Below are positions 1-10,467 of a stretch of 64,000 bases of DNA, one piece after another (position 1 is the stretch's first letter; every line of letters starts with the position of its first letter). The notes under the pieces were generated by a model, which was not told where the DNA came from, did not search any database, and worked only from the letters and a program-made list of their open reading frames with translations. The translations under genes and the position numbers were made by a program. Origin of the DNA: Alphaproteobacteria bacterium (GTDB taxonomy: Bacteria > Pseudomonadota > Alphaproteobacteria > SP197); the NCBI GenBank assembly GCA_964291265.2, contig OZ219747.1:384001-448000 (forward strand), written 5' to 3'.

Positions 1-994
1 AGTAGAGGAGCACGAGAACCGGCAGCACCTGGGAAACGCCGAAGCCGACGTCCGTCAATGTCGTCTCGGGGCTGTTTCGATGCGTTCGCACACAGGCCTG
101 GTAGAGATTTGTCCCCGATCCGATTTCCCTGATCTCGAACGCTTGGATCATGCCCAGCCTGACCAGCCAGTGGGCGATCATTTCCTGGAACTTCATGAGC
201 CGCCTGCGCGGCCCCAGATTGCGCACTTCGCCTTGCGCGGTCGCCGCCAGGATGGCGTCGATGGTGTTTTCTCCGCTTGGCCCCACGTCAGCGGGACTGG
301 CCCCTGACCAACGGTACTCGCGCCGTGGATGCTCCCGCAGCGGACCAAGATAGAAGATCCTGTCCATCAGGGCTTCGTATTCGGCCTCGAAGTCGCTCAG
401 GAAACCGGTGTTCTGAAAGTACGTGAGAGCCTGATCGGGAAAGAGGTGTGTCTTGACCGGTCCCGGCAACGCCCAGCCCCGCCCCTGGTTGCGCACGAAC
501 TTCAAGGCATGGGGGCCGTTGGACCTGAGTTCGAATTCACGGGAACTCCCGTCCTTGGGCTCGATGGAAAAACTGGTGTCGGCAAAGCCGTACTCCACGC
601 GGCGCGCCGAAAGGCCCGAATCCTCCAGACCGACTCGAGCGCCCTCCCGCAACCTCTCCCCTGTGAAGAGCACATCCTTGCGGCGCCCGCTCGGGTCGTG
701 GACCCTGAGAGGAGCAGGGAGACCCCAATCCAGCGTCCAGACGATGTCTGCCGACTGCTCGCCCCGATGCACGATGGCCTTGTAGGCCCCCAGGTTGACC
801 AGCTGGTTCGGCCCGCCAAAGTCCAGGACGAGGCGCCGGTCCGTGGCATTCTTCGTCTGCTTCAGCAGCAGAAGGAACTGCAGAACACTGCTCTTGCCTG
901 AGCTGTTCTCGCCGAAGAGACCGGTCACCTTGCCGAATGACACGTCCAGCTTGCGCCACGCCTTGAAGTTCGTGACTTCAAGATGGTTCAGCAT
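1..994 (-). CDS. AAA/ABC-type ATPase, DUF3696/AAA_21-like (3' end runs off the window)
   Basis: Not in the ORF track because it has no stop in the window. Manual translation from ATG 994: MLNHLEVTNFKAWRKLDVSFGKVTGLFGENSSGKSS (Walker A) ... TLTDVGFGVSQVLPVLVLLY (signature typical of this family). Confidence 0.85.
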   Translation of the reverse strand, partial: MLNHLEVTNFKAWRKLDVSFGKVTGLFGENSSGKSSVLQFLLLLKQTKNATDRRLVLDFGGPNQLVNLGAYKAIVHRGEQSADIVWTLDWGLPAPLRVHDPSGRRKDVLFTGERLREGARVGLEDSGLSARRVEYGFADTSFSIEPKDGSSREFELRSNGPHALKFVRNQGRGWALPGPVKTHLFPDQALTYFQNTGFLSDFEAEYEALMDRIFYLGPLREHPRREYRWSGASPADVGPSGENTIDAILAATAQGEVRNLGPRRRLMKFQEMIAHWLVRLGMIQAFEIREIGSGTNLYQACVRTHRNSPETTLTDVGFGVSQVLPVLVLLY

Positions 995-1368
995 CGCTCG
1001 CTCTCCCTGCCTTCGCATCCTGTCGGAAACCGGACCCCGAGGACCGGCGCGTCAAGGACATCCGCCGCCAGTATCGGGCAAGGGAACCCGGCCGCCGGGT
1101 CGTCAAACGGCCTGACGCGCGCTGCAGGAGATCAGGCACACCGTGCAGGCCCGACTCTCGCTCCTGCCTGACAAGGATGCAAGATGCCTGCGGCCACCGG
1201 TTCGTCTCGCTCGAACGCCCAGGCCAGTGCGCACAGTGTCAGTCCGGCGCCATCGTGGTCAGGCAATCCGTCCTGCGGGACGTGACGTTCATCTGCCGCC
1301 GCGCGGCTCGATGACGGCGCAACGGGCGCCGGGTTTGCAGGAAACGGCTTCCCGGGACGCAAGGGGCC

Positions 1369-1414
1369 TTGACATCGGCGACTTCGCAAACCATACAGTA
1401 CCAGAATCGTCCTG
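1369..1414 (+). promoter_or_regulatory. suf operon promoter (-35 TTGACA) and putative Rrf2 operator
   Basis: TTGACA at 1369-1374; imperfect palindrome CAGTAC-N7-GTCCTG at 1396-1414 just upstream of the Rrf2 ATG. Confidence 0.55.
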
Positions 1415-1429
1415 ATTGGGCAGGTCTCC

Positions 1430-1870
1430 ATGATCCGATTGTCCCGCATGACAGACTACGGTGTCGTCGTCATGACCTACATGGCGTGGCACGGGAACGA
1501 GACACGCTCCGCGCACCAGGTGGCCACGGCCACCGGTCTGCCGGAAGCCACGGCCGGCAAGCTCCTCAAGCTCTTCGCCCGCGCCGGCCTCCTGAAGAGC
1601 CGGCGTGGCGCCCGTGGCGGGTACATCCTGACCTCGAGCCCGGAGGAGATCTCCCTTGCCCGTGTCGTCGAGGCTGTCGAGGGTCCGATCGCACTCACCC
1701 TGTGCGTCGACGACCACCCCGGTCACTGCGATGTCGAATCGCTGTGCCCCATGCGCGGAGGCTGGAACCAGATCAACACCGCACTGCGCGACGCCTTCGA
1801 GGGCGTCTCCCTTGCCGCGATGACCGCACCCCTGATCCCCCTTGCGGGGCTTCGGCAGCTGGAGGCCTGA
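1430..1870 (+). CDS. SUF system Rrf2/IscR-family transcriptional regulator
   Basis: MIRLSRMTDYGVVVM start, S.RG..GGY motif, three Cys (C-x7-C-x5-C), first gene of the suf operon. Confidence 0.92.
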   Translation: MIRLSRMTDYGVVVMTYMAWHGNETRSAHQVATATGLPEATAGKLLKLFARAGLLKSRRGARGGYILTSSPEEISLARVVEAVEGPIALTLCVDDHPGHCDVESLCPMRGGWNQINTALRDAFEGVSLAAMTAPLIPLAGLRQLEA

Positions 1871-1873
1871 CCC

Positions 1874-3334
1874 ATGGCCATCGTTCAGGAAACCATCGAT
1901 GCCGTCCACGAGGCCACCGGCGCCTACAAGCACGGATTCGTCACCGACATCGAGACCGAAAGGGCTCCCGAGGGACTCTCGGAAGAGACCATACGCTTCA
2001 TCTCGGCCAAGAAGGAGGAGCCCGACTGGCTTCTCGCGTGGCGCCTCGAGGCCTACCGCCACTGGCTCACCATGAAGGAGCCCGTGTGGGCGAAGGTCGG
2101 CTATGCGCCGATCGACTACCAGGCGAGTTCCTACTACGCCGCGCCGAAGTCGGCCGCCGACGGGCCGACGAGCCTGGACGACGTCGACCCCGAACTCCTC
2201 GAGACCTATGCCAAGCTCGGCATCCCGCTGAAGGAGCAGGAGGTCCTGTCAGGAGTGCGCAACGTCGCCGTCGACGCCGTCTTCGACAGCGTTTCGGTGG
2301 CCACGACCTTCCGCGAGCGCCTGGAGAAGGACGGCATTCTCTTCTGTTCGATCTCGGACGCCGTGAGGGAGCATCCGGACCTGGTCCGCCAGTACCTGGG
2401 TTCCGTGGTGCCCGTCACCGACAACTTCTTTGCCACGCTCAATTCGGCGGTCTTCACCGACGGGTCGTTCTGCTACATCCCGCCCGGTACGCGCTGCCCG
2501 ATGGAGCTCTCCACCTACTTCCGCATCAACGCCTCCCAGACAGGCCAGTTCGAACGCACCCTCGTGATCGCCGACAAGGGGAGCTACGTCAGCTACCTGG
2601 AGGGCTGCACCGCGCCGCAGAGGGACGAGAACCAGCTGCACGCCGCCGTGGTCGAGCTGGTGGCCCTCGACGATGCCGAGATCAAGTACTCGACGGTGCA
2701 GAACTGGTACCCCGGCGACGCGGAGGGCCAGGGCGGCATCTACAACTTCGTCACCAAGCGGGGGCTGTGCGAGAAGCGGGCCAGGATCTCGTGGACCCAG
2801 GTGGAAACCGGATCCGCCATCACCTGGAAGTATCCCAGCTGCGTCCTCAAGGGTGATGACAGTGTCGGCGAGTTCTACTCCGTCGCCATCACCAACAATC
2901 GCCAGCAGGCCGATACCGGAACGAAGATGCTCCACGTCGGCAAGAACACCCGGAGCAGGGTGATCGCGAAGGGAGTGTCCGCCGGCCATTCGCAGAGCAC
3001 CTACCGCGGCCGCATCCGCGTCAACCCCATGGCCCACGGCGCCAGGAACTACACCCAGTGCGATTCGCTGCTGATCGGAGACGAGTGCGCCGCCCACACC
3101 GTTCCCTACATCGAGACGCGCAACCAGAGCGCCCAGGTCGAGCACGAGGCCACGACATCGAAGGTGTCGGAGGACCAGCTCTTCTACTGCCGCCAGCGCG
3201 GCATCCCGGAAGAGGAGGCCCTCACCCTGATCATCAACGGCTTCTGCCGCGAGGTACTCCAGGAACTGCCGATGGAGTTCGCCGTCGAAGCCCAGAAACT
3301 CGTCGGCATCAGCCTCGAAGGCAGCGTGGGATGA
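1874..3334 (+). CDS. sufB: Fe-S cluster assembly protein SufB
   Basis: [48 protein letters not shown] motifs. Confidence 0.98.
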   Translation: MAIVQETIDAVHEATGAYKHGFVTDIETERAPEGLSEETIRFISAKKEEPDWLLAWRLEAYRHWLTMKEPVWAKVGYAPIDYQASSYYAAPKSAADGPTSLDDVDPELLETYAKLGIPLKEQEVLSGVRNVAVDAVFDSVSVATTFRERLEKDGILFCSISDAVREHPDLVRQYLGSVVPVTDNFFATLNSAVFTDGSFCYIPPGTRCPMELSTYFRINASQTGQFERTLVIADKGSYVSYLEGCTAPQRDENQLHAAVVELVALDDAEIKYSTVQNWYPGDAEGQGGIYNFVTKRGLCEKRARISWTQVETGSAITWKYPSCVLKGDDSVGEFYSVAITNNRQQADTGTKMLHVGKNTRSRVIAKGVSAGHSQSTYRGRIRVNPMAHGARNYTQCDSLLIGDECAAHTVPYIETRNQSAQVEHEATTSKVSEDQLFYCRQRGIPEEEALTLIINGFCREVLQELPMEFAVEAQKLVGISLEGSVG

Positions 3335-4107
3335 CGATGGCAAAGGAAGCCGCCATGACCCTGCTTTCCATCAAGGACCTCCGCGTTGCCGTGGAGGGCG
3401 AGGAGATCCTCAAGGGCATCAACCTCTCGGTCGGCATGGGCGAGGTCCATGCCATCATGGGCCCCAACGGATCGGGCAAGTCGACGCTCTCCCACGTTCT
3501 CGCCGGCCGCGGCGGCTACGAGGTGACCGCAGGCCAGGTTCTCTACAGGGGAGAGGATCTCCTGGAGATGGAGCCCGAGGAGAGGGCCCAGTCGGGGGTT
3601 TTCCTTGCCTTCCAGTATCCGGTGGAGATTCCCGGTGTGCCAACCGTCAGCTTTCTCAAGCACGCCATGAATTCGGTGCGCAAGGCGCGTGGTCAGAGCG
3701 GCCTCGACGCCTTCGAGTTCAAGAAGATCATGGATGCCCGGCTGGCGGACCTGCGGATCGACAACGCCATGGTGCGCCGGCCGCTCAACGCCGGATTTTC
3801 CGGTGGCGAGAAGAAGCGCATGGAAATTCTCCAGATGGCGTTGCTGGAACCGACGCTCACCATTCTCGACGAGACCGATTCCGGTCTCGACATCGATGCC
3901 CTCAGGGTTGTGGCCGACGGTGTCAATGCCATGCGCTCACCGGAGCGCGCCGCGCTTGTCATCACCCACTACCAGCGCCTGCTGAACCACATCATTCCGG
4001 ATCACGTGCACGTCCTTGCCGGAGGCCGGATCGTCAGGAGCGGAGATCCGTCGCTCGCCCTCGAGCTCGAGGAGAGCGGTTACGGCGATCTTGTGACGGC
4101 GGCCTGA
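3331..4107 (+). CDS. sufC: Fe-S cluster assembly ATPase SufC
   Basis: [49 protein letters not shown] overlaps the sufB stop; alternative starts at 3337 and 3355. Confidence 0.97.
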   Translation: MTMAKEAAMTLLSIKDLRVAVEGEEILKGINLSVGMGEVHAIMGPNGSGKSTLSHVLAGRGGYEVTAGQVLYRGEDLLEMEPEERAQSGVFLAFQYPVEIPGVPTVSFLKHAMNSVRKARGQSGLDAFEFKKIMDARLADLRIDNAMVRRPLNAGFSGGEKKRMEILQMALLEPTLTILDETDSGLDIDALRVVADGVNAMRSPERAALVITHYQRLLNHIIPDHVHVLAGGRIVRSGDPSLALELEESGYGDLVTAA

Positions 4108-4110
4108 CCC

Positions 4111-5373
4111 ATGACCGGTGAACCGACTGGCCTGCTCCATGCCGGCGATGCGGCGACCCTTCCCGGCGCCGGCAACACGTGGATCGATTCGCTGCGCCAG
4201 GCCGGCGCCCGGAGGTTCTCCGGTCTGGGCCTGCCGACGCGCAAGGTCGAGGACTGGAAGTACACCGATCTCAGGGCGCTCTCCGGATCGAGCTGGGACC
4301 GTGCCTTCGAACCCGCGGATCCGGTGGAGACCGGGGAGGACGCCTCAGCGGTTCTCGTCAACGGCTGCTGGGGGAAGGGCAACCGGGCGTTGCCGGACGG
4401 TGTCGAACTGATCTCCCTGGCCCGTGCCATCGAGGACGAGGACGATGTCGTCAGGCGCCATCTCGGCAGCGTCGCGAATCTCGCGCGCAAGCACTTCGTC
4501 GCCCTCAACACCGCCTGGCTCGCCGACGGGCTGGTCCTCAAGGCGGCCGATGGCGTCGCGGTCGACGAACCGCTCCGCATCACCCTTGCCGGGGCGCCCG
4601 GCGCCCGGCGCCTGGCATGGCATCCGCGCAACCTCATCGTGCTGGGGCGCGAGGCATCGCTCACCCTCATCGTCCGTCACGTCGGCGCCGGGGACTACCT
4701 TGCCAACCTGGTCGAGGAGATCGTGCTGGACCGCGGATCCCGGTTGCGTCACTACCGGGTGCAGAACGACTCGCCCGATGCCGTCCATGTCTCGACCACG
4801 GAAGTGAAGGTCGCCGGCGATGCCGCCTACGAGAGCTTCGTGCTGGCGACGGGAGCCGGTGTGGGGCGCAACCAGATTGCCGTCGAACTCGGCGAACCCG
4901 GCGCTTCGGTCCGCCTGGACGGCGCCTGCCTGGGCCGCCGCCGCCAGCAGCTCGACACCACCACCGTCATCGACCATGCGGCGCCACACTGCACCAGCCG
5001 CGAGGCCTACCGCTACATCCTCGACGACAGTGCGAAGGGCATATTCCAGGGGCGGGTCACCGTGCGCAAGCATGCAGGCGACACCGACAGCCACCAGTCC
5101 AGCAAGACCCTGCTTCTCTCCGGCAGGGCCGGGGTCGACGCCAAGCCGGAACTGGAAATCTATGCCGACGAGGTCAGTTGCGGGCACGGGGCGACGGTCG
5201 GCGAGATCGATCGGGACGCTTTGTTCTACCTGCGCAGCCGGGGCATCCCCCTCGACGACGCGCGCGACCTCCTTGTCGGCGCCTTCATCGAAGGAGCCCT
5301 GGAGACCATTGGATCACCGGTGGCACAGGAGCTCTTCCGTGATCACGCCATGGCCTGGAGGAAACGGGCATGA
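4111..5373 (+). CDS. sufD: Fe-S cluster assembly protein SufD
   Basis: LPTRKVEDWKYTDL, KPELEIYADEVSCGHGATVG, LFYLRSRGI. Confidence 0.95.
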   Translation: MTGEPTGLLHAGDAATLPGAGNTWIDSLRQAGARRFSGLGLPTRKVEDWKYTDLRALSGSSWDRAFEPADPVETGEDASAVLVNGCWGKGNRALPDGVELISLARAIEDEDDVVRRHLGSVANLARKHFVALNTAWLADGLVLKAADGVAVDEPLRITLAGAPGARRLAWHPRNLIVLGREASLTLIVRHVGAGDYLANLVEEIVLDRGSRLRHYRVQNDSPDAVHVSTTEVKVAGDAAYESFVLATGAGVGRNQIAVELGEPGASVRLDGACLGRRRQQLDTTTVIDHAAPHCTSREAYRYILDDSAKGIFQGRVTVRKHAGDTDSHQSSKTLLLSGRAGVDAKPELEIYADEVSCGHGATVGEIDRDALFYLRSRGIPLDDARDLLVGAFIEGALETIGSPVAQELFRDHAMAWRKRA

Positions 5374-6623
5374 CGATGGCCGCGGCCCTCGCCCCGGACG
5401 GCATCGCCTTCGACACCTCGCTGGTGCGCGCCGACTTTCCCATACTCTCGCGCCAGGTGCGCGGGCGCCCGCTGGTCTATCTCGACAGCGCCGCCAGCGC
5501 CCAGAAGCCGCGCCAGGTCATCGACGCCGAACGCCGCCTCTACGAAGAGGAGTACGCGAATGTCCATCGCGGCGTGCACTGGCTCTCCCAATCGGCGACC
5601 GAGAGGTTCGAGGAGGCGCGAACAGCGGTCCGCCGCTTCATCAATGCCGCATCGGACAGGGAAGTGGTGTTCGTGCGCGGCGGCACCGAAGGCATCAACC
5701 TGGTGGCGCAGAGCTGGGGTCGGACGAACCTCGAGGAAGGCGACAGGATCCTGGTCTCGACTCTCGAGCACCACGCGAACATCGTGCCGTGGCACCTGCT
5801 GGCCGTCGAGAGAGGACTCGAGGTCGAGGCGATTCCGATCTTCGACGACGGCCAGATCGACATGGACGCCTATCGCCGCCTGCTTGACCGTCCGGTGAAA
5901 CTGGTGGCCCTGACACAGATGTCCAACGCGCTCGGTGTCATCACGCCTGCTGCCGAGATGATCCGCCTGGCCCACGATGCCGGCGCCAGGGTCATGCTGG
6001 ACAGTTGCCAGGCGATCAGCCACGGCACGGTGGATGTCCAGGCGCTGGATTGCGATTTCATGGTCTTCTCCGGCCACAAGATCTACGGACCCACGGGCAT
6101 CGGCGTCCTCCACGGCAAGGCCGAACTTCTCGAGTCGATGCCGCCCTGGCAGGGCGGCGGCGAGATGATCGCCCGGGTCACCCTGGAGCGCTCGACCTTC
6201 AAGGGAATCCCCCACCGCTTCGAGGCCGGCACCCCGGCGATCGCCCAGGCCGTCGGGCTCAAGGCCGCCCTCGACTACGTCACCTCTCTCGGCATGGAGA
6301 GAATCGCCGAACACGAGGCCATGCTGCATGACCTCGCCGTGGAACGTCTGTCGGCCGTCGAGGGTCTCACCATGCTGGGCGCCCATCCCGCGAGGGCGGC
6401 CATCGTCTCCTTCAATCTGGATGGCATCCACCCCCACGACGTCGGCACCATCGTCGATCACGAAGGCGTGGCGGTGCGCGTCGGTCACCACTGCGCCCAA
6501 CCCCTGATGGACCGTTTCGATGTCGCCGCCACGGTCCGCGCCTCATTCGCCCTCTACAACACCGCCGACGAGGTCGACGCTCTCGTGGCCGCGCTGCAAC
6601 AGACGAGGAGCCTGTTTTCGTGA
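5370..6623 (+). CDS. sufS: Cysteine desulfurase SufS
   Basis: YLDSAASAQKP, YANVHRG, FSGHKIYGPTGIG, RVGHHCAQP. Confidence 0.97.
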   Translation: MTMAAALAPDGIAFDTSLVRADFPILSRQVRGRPLVYLDSAASAQKPRQVIDAERRLYEEEYANVHRGVHWLSQSATERFEEARTAVRRFINAASDREVVFVRGGTEGINLVAQSWGRTNLEEGDRILVSTLEHHANIVPWHLLAVERGLEVEAIPIFDDGQIDMDAYRRLLDRPVKLVALTQMSNALGVITPAAEMIRLAHDAGARVMLDSCQAISHGTVDVQALDCDFMVFSGHKIYGPTGIGVLHGKAELLESMPPWQGGGEMIARVTLERSTFKGIPHRFEAGTPAIAQAVGLKAALDYVTSLGMERIAEHEAMLHDLAVERLSAVEGLTMLGAHPARAAIVSFNLDGIHPHDVGTIVDHEGVAVRVGHHCAQPLMDRFDVAATVRASFALYNTADEVDALVAALQQTRSLFS

Positions 6624-7072
6624 TGGACGATCTGCGCGAGCTCTACCAGGAGGTGATTCTCGATCATGGCAGGCACCCGAGGAACTGCCGTCGGGTGGAG
6701 AATCACAGCCACGAGGCGGAGGGCGACAACCCGATGTGCGGCGATCGCCTGTCGGTCTACCTCAGAATCGACGAGGACGGGACCATCCAGGACGCCGCCT
6801 TCCAGGGACGCGGCTGCGCCATTTCCATCGCCTCGGCCTCGATCATGACGGAGATGCTTCCGGGCCTGAACGAGGCCGACGCGCGACGCCTCTTCGACGA
6901 GTTCCACCTGCTCGTCACGGGCCAGGACATCAACGGAAGTGATGCAGGCCTCGACAAGCTGATCGTCATGTCGGGCGTGCGCAACTTTCCTGTGCGGGTC
7001 AAGTGCGCAACACTCGCCTGGCATGCGATGACGGCCGCCATGGACGGCGAGGCCAGGGCAACGACGGAGTAG
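6620..7072 (+). CDS. sufU: SufU (NifU_N family) sulfur-transfer/scaffold protein
   Basis: LYQEVILDH, GDNPMCGD, GCAIS, RVKCATLAW. Confidence 0.93.
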   Translation: MMDDLRELYQEVILDHGRHPRNCRRVENHSHEAEGDNPMCGDRLSVYLRIDEDGTIQDAAFQGRGCAISIASASIMTEMLPGLNEADARRLFDEFHLLVTGQDINGSDAGLDKLIVMSGVRNFPVRVKCATLAWHAMTAAMDGEARATTE

Positions 7073-7075
7073 ACC

Positions 7076-7480
7076 ATGCAATCCGACAAGCCAGAGGGGG
7101 TGGCCTCCACCAGCCTCCACGAGAGTTGGACACCCGAGACGGAGATCGATCCCCGCAGCATTCCCCAGGAGGAAGGTGAACCGCTCATCGGCGACATCGT
7201 CGACTCGATACGCACGGTCTATGATCCGGAGATTCCGGTGAACATCTACGATCTGGGTCTCGTCTATGCTATCGATTCCAGACCTGACGGCTCCGTGCGC
7301 ATCGAGATGACGCTCACCACGCCGGGTTGTCCGGTAGCGGAGGACATACCCGTGTGGATACGCGATGCGGTGTCGAAGGTGGAAGGCGCGAAGGATGTCG
7401 CTGTCGACATCGTCTGGGACCCTCCCTGGGATCCGTCGATGATGTCGGACTACGCAAGGATCGAACTGGGCTTCTACTGA
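7076..7480 (+). CDS. sufT: SufT / DUF59 Fe-S assembly protein
   Basis: VYDPEIPVNIYDLGL, MTLTTPGCPVA, VWDPPW, MSDYARIELG. Confidence 0.9.
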   Translation: MQSDKPEGVASTSLHESWTPETEIDPRSIPQEEGEPLIGDIVDSIRTVYDPEIPVNIYDLGLVYAIDSRPDGSVRIEMTLTTPGCPVAEDIPVWIRDAVSKVEGAKDVAVDIVWDPPWDPSMMSDYARIELGFY

Positions 7481-7512
7481 GCCCTGACCCAAGGACTGGA
7501 GAGGAAGCAACC

Positions 7513-7857
7513 ATGTTCGCAACTCCCGGCAAGGATCTCATGACCCTGACCGACCGCGCCGCCGAGCGAGTGAAGGCGCTGATGCGCCTCAACGAGAAGG
7601 CGATCGGTCTCAAGGTCGGAATCAAGATGGCCGGATGCAGCGGCTTCTCCTACACGATGGACTATGCCGAGGAAGAAACCGGCCGGGAGGACACGATCGA
7701 ATCGAAGGGTGTCAGGCTCTTCATCGATCCTGCCGCTTCCATGTTCCTGCTCGGCACCGAGCTCGACTGGCACGAGGACCGGCTGGAAAGCCGTTTCGTC
7801 TTCAACAATCCGAACGTGAAGGGCATGTGCGGTTGCGGTGAATCGTTCACCGTGTGA
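7513..7857 (+). CDS. sufA: A-type Fe-S carrier (HesB/IscA/SufA)
   Basis: GCSGFSY and NPNVKGMCGCGESF; ATG 7513 after GAGGAAG. Confidence 0.92.
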   Translation: MFATPGKDLMTLTDRAAERVKALMRLNEKAIGLKVGIKMAGCSGFSYTMDYAEEETGREDTIESKGVRLFIDPAASMFLLGTELDWHEDRLESRFVFNNPNVKGMCGCGESFTV

Positions 7858-9818
7858 CGACCCCGTTAAGCGGAGTTTTCGTCGTGCGCCGTTGTTGCCT
7901 CGCCGTCCTGGCGATCGCATTCGCCCTGATCGTCCCGGCGCAAGCCGACCCTCAGCCCCTGGGCGAGGCCGATATCGCGCATTACCGCTCCGCCTTCCAC
8001 CACGCCAGGAAAAACCAGTGGCGCGATGCAGGCATCTGGGCCTCCAGGGCGTCGGATCCGGTGCTGGTCGACGTCATCCGCTGGATGAGGCTGAAGGACG
8101 ACTGGCGGGCTCCCTTCGACGACATCCGGGCCTTCATGGAGACCCGTCCCGAATGGCCATTGCAGGACATGCTGCGCCGCAACGCCGAGGACGTCATGCC
8201 GCACACTCTCGAGAGCCCCGACGTCATCGCTTACTTCACGCGCTGGGCCCCCATGACGGACGGGGGCGTCCTGCGCCACGTCGAGGCTCTCCTCGATGCC
8301 GGCCGGGAGAGCGAGGCCCGCGCGGCGGTTCTCGATGCCTGGCAGCACCACACGTTCAGGGCAGCAGGTGAACGGGCGTTTCTGAAGCAATACGGCTCCT
8401 GGTTGACACCAGAACAGCACCGGGAGCGTGTCGACCGGCTGATCTGGCAGGGCATGACGGCTGCGGCGCGGCGCACTCTCTCCCGCCTGGAAGACGACGA
8501 CCTGGCCGCTCTCGGCGAGGCGCGCATACGCCTCAAGGGTCGGGAATGGGGCGTGGATGCCGCGATCGCCAGCGTTCCGGCGCATTTGCGTGACAACGAG
8601 GCGTTGATCTTCGAGCGAGTCGACTGGCGCCTCGCGAAGGGGCGCCACGACGCTGCACTGGAACTCGTGCTCGGCCTGCCGCACGACATCAGCCAACCGG
8701 ACCGGTGGGCCCTGCAGCGACTTCGCATTGCCTTGGAACTGATGGCCCGGGGTGACATGGCAGGAGCCTATGATGTCGTTGCCGATCACAGCCGCCGCCA
8801 TGGCGCCTTTCACCATCGCGCCGAGTGGCTGGCCGGTTGGATCGCGTTACGCCATCTCGATGACCCTGCCACCGCGCTGGAGCACTTCTCCTGGTTCCAG
8901 GACCAGGTGAGACAACCGATCAGCCTGGCCCGCGGAGCCTACTGGTGCGCCAGGGCCGCTGAAGCCGATGGCATGACGGCGCTGGCGAGCGACTGGTTCG
9001 ACCGGGCGGCAGAGTACCCGCAGACCTTCTACGGACAGCTTGCCGCCATGCGCCAGGGCACGGCGCTCTCCCTGCCGGCGCCGCCTGTCCTCGCCGGCAC
9101 GGCTGGCGATGACGAGCTGTTCCTCATCGTCCGCCGGCTGATGGAGGTGGGGGAACGGCGCCTGGCCGAGACCTTCCTCCAGCACATGGCGAGATCGGCC
9201 GAAGCCGCCGAGGACCTCGAGGCCATCGCCGCCAGCGCGCTCGACCTCAACCTGCCTCACGCGGCCGTCAGGGTGGCGAAGACGGCGGCCGCCAGGGGCG
9301 TGGTGATGCCGGCGGCCGGATTTCCCGTCATCGACCTTCCCGACACGGGGGGCGTCGATGCCGACCTGGTGCTGGCCGTCATCAACCGCGAGAGCGAATT
9401 CAATCGCCGCGCCATTTCGGGCAGCGCGGCCTATGGCCTGATGCAGCTCCGCCTCGCCACTGCCCGCGCGACAGCCGCACGGCTCGGTGTCGAGACGTCC
9501 CGTGACCTGCTTCTCGGGAACTCATGGCACAATGTCCGGCTGGGCGCCGCCTACCTCGGCCGGCTGATCGGCAACTACGGCGGCTCCCTTGTCCTGGCAC
9601 TGGCCGCCTACAACGGCGGGCCGGGAAACGTCGGTGCGTGGATCAGGCGATCGGGCCGCCCCGGCGACGGCGGAGTCGATGCCATTGACTGGATCGAGAG
9701 CATTCCCTTCCGCGAAACACGAAACTACGTTCAGCGCGTGATCGAGGCCATGCAGGTCTATCGCATGCTGAGAGGCGAGAAACCCCTCGATCTCTTCCCG
9801 GCGGCGGGACGTTCCTGA
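7854..9818 (+). CDS. Soluble lytic murein transglycosylase (Slt70-like)
   Basis: Signal peptide (likely start GTG 7884), helical repeats, catalytic RESEF, GLMQ, AAYNGGPG, ESIPFRETRNYVQRV. Confidence 0.92.
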   Translation: MTTPLSGVFVVRRCCLAVLAIAFALIVPAQADPQPLGEADIAHYRSAFHHARKNQWRDAGIWASRASDPVLVDVIRWMRLKDDWRAPFDDIRAFMETRPEWPLQDMLRRNAEDVMPHTLESPDVIAYFTRWAPMTDGGVLRHVEALLDAGRESEARAAVLDAWQHHTFRAAGERAFLKQYGSWLTPEQHRERVDRLIWQGMTAAARRTLSRLEDDDLAALGEARIRLKGREWGVDAAIASVPAHLRDNEALIFERVDWRLAKGRHDAALELVLGLPHDISQPDRWALQRLRIALELMARGDMAGAYDVVADHSRRHGAFHHRAEWLAGWIALRHLDDPATALEHFSWFQDQVRQPISLARGAYWCARAAEADGMTALASDWFDRAAEYPQTFYGQLAAMRQGTALSLPAPPVLAGTAGDDELFLIVRRLMEVGERRLAETFLQHMARSAEAAEDLEAIAASALDLNLPHAAVRVAKTAAARGVVMPAAGFPVIDLPDTGGVDADLVLAVINRESEFNRRAISGSAAYGLMQLRLATARATAARLGVETSRDLLLGNSWHNVRLGAAYLGRLIGNYGGSLVLALAAYNGGPGNVGAWIRRSGRPGDGGVDAIDWIESIPFRETRNYVQRVIEAMQVYRMLRGEKPLDLFPAAGRS

Positions 9819-9851
9819 CCATGACACCCAGCGAGCCCGAGGAGGCGGCCC

Positions 9852-10457
9852 ATGACTGAAGCACCGCTGAACATCATGGACGGAACGCCTCTCGACATGC
9901 TGGCAAGCCGCCGCTCGGTCCTCGCTGCCCGGCTGGCCGAGCCGGGCCCGGACGAGGAGGAACTGCAACGCATGCTGGAGGTGGCGGTGCGGGTTCCCGA
10001 TCACGGGCGCGTCACGCCGTGGCGCCTGCAGGTCCTCTCTCGGCAGGCGCAGAAGGAGCTGGGAGACGCCTTTGCCGAGGAGTTCGCCAGGCAGAACCCC
10101 GCCGTCCCGGAGGACCGCCTGCACCTCGAGTGGATTCGCCCGCAGCGCTCTCCTGTGCTCGTCATCGTCTCCAGCCGCATCGTGCCGGACCGCGACGGCG
10201 TTCCCCCCGTCGAGCAGTTGCTGTCGTGTGGCAATGTCTGCTTCAACCTGCTGCATGCGGCGACGGCACTGGGCTACGGCGCCCAGTGGGTCACCAACTG
10301 GCCGGCCTACAACGAACGCATCAAGGCCACACTCGGCATTCCCCCGGACGACCACCTGATCGGCTTCGTCCATATCGGCACCCCGAAGGGTCCTCCCCAG
10401 GAGCGCCAGCGCCCGGTGATCTCGCAGGTGGTCTGCCGCCTCGACAGCCTTCCCTGA
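9852..10457 (+). CDS. Nitroreductase family protein (YdjA-like)
   Basis: SRRS, EPGPD, RVPDHGRVTPW, GYGAQWVT, GFVHIGT. Confidence 0.9.
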   Translation: MTEAPLNIMDGTPLDMLASRRSVLAARLAEPGPDEEELQRMLEVAVRVPDHGRVTPWRLQVLSRQAQKELGDAFAEEFARQNPAVPEDRLHLEWIRPQRSPVLVIVSSRIVPDRDGVPPVEQLLSCGNVCFNLLHAATALGYGAQWVTNWPAYNERIKATLGIPPDDHLIGFVHIGTPKGPPQERQRPVISQVVCRLDSLP

Positions 10458-10467
10458 CGAGTCTCGA

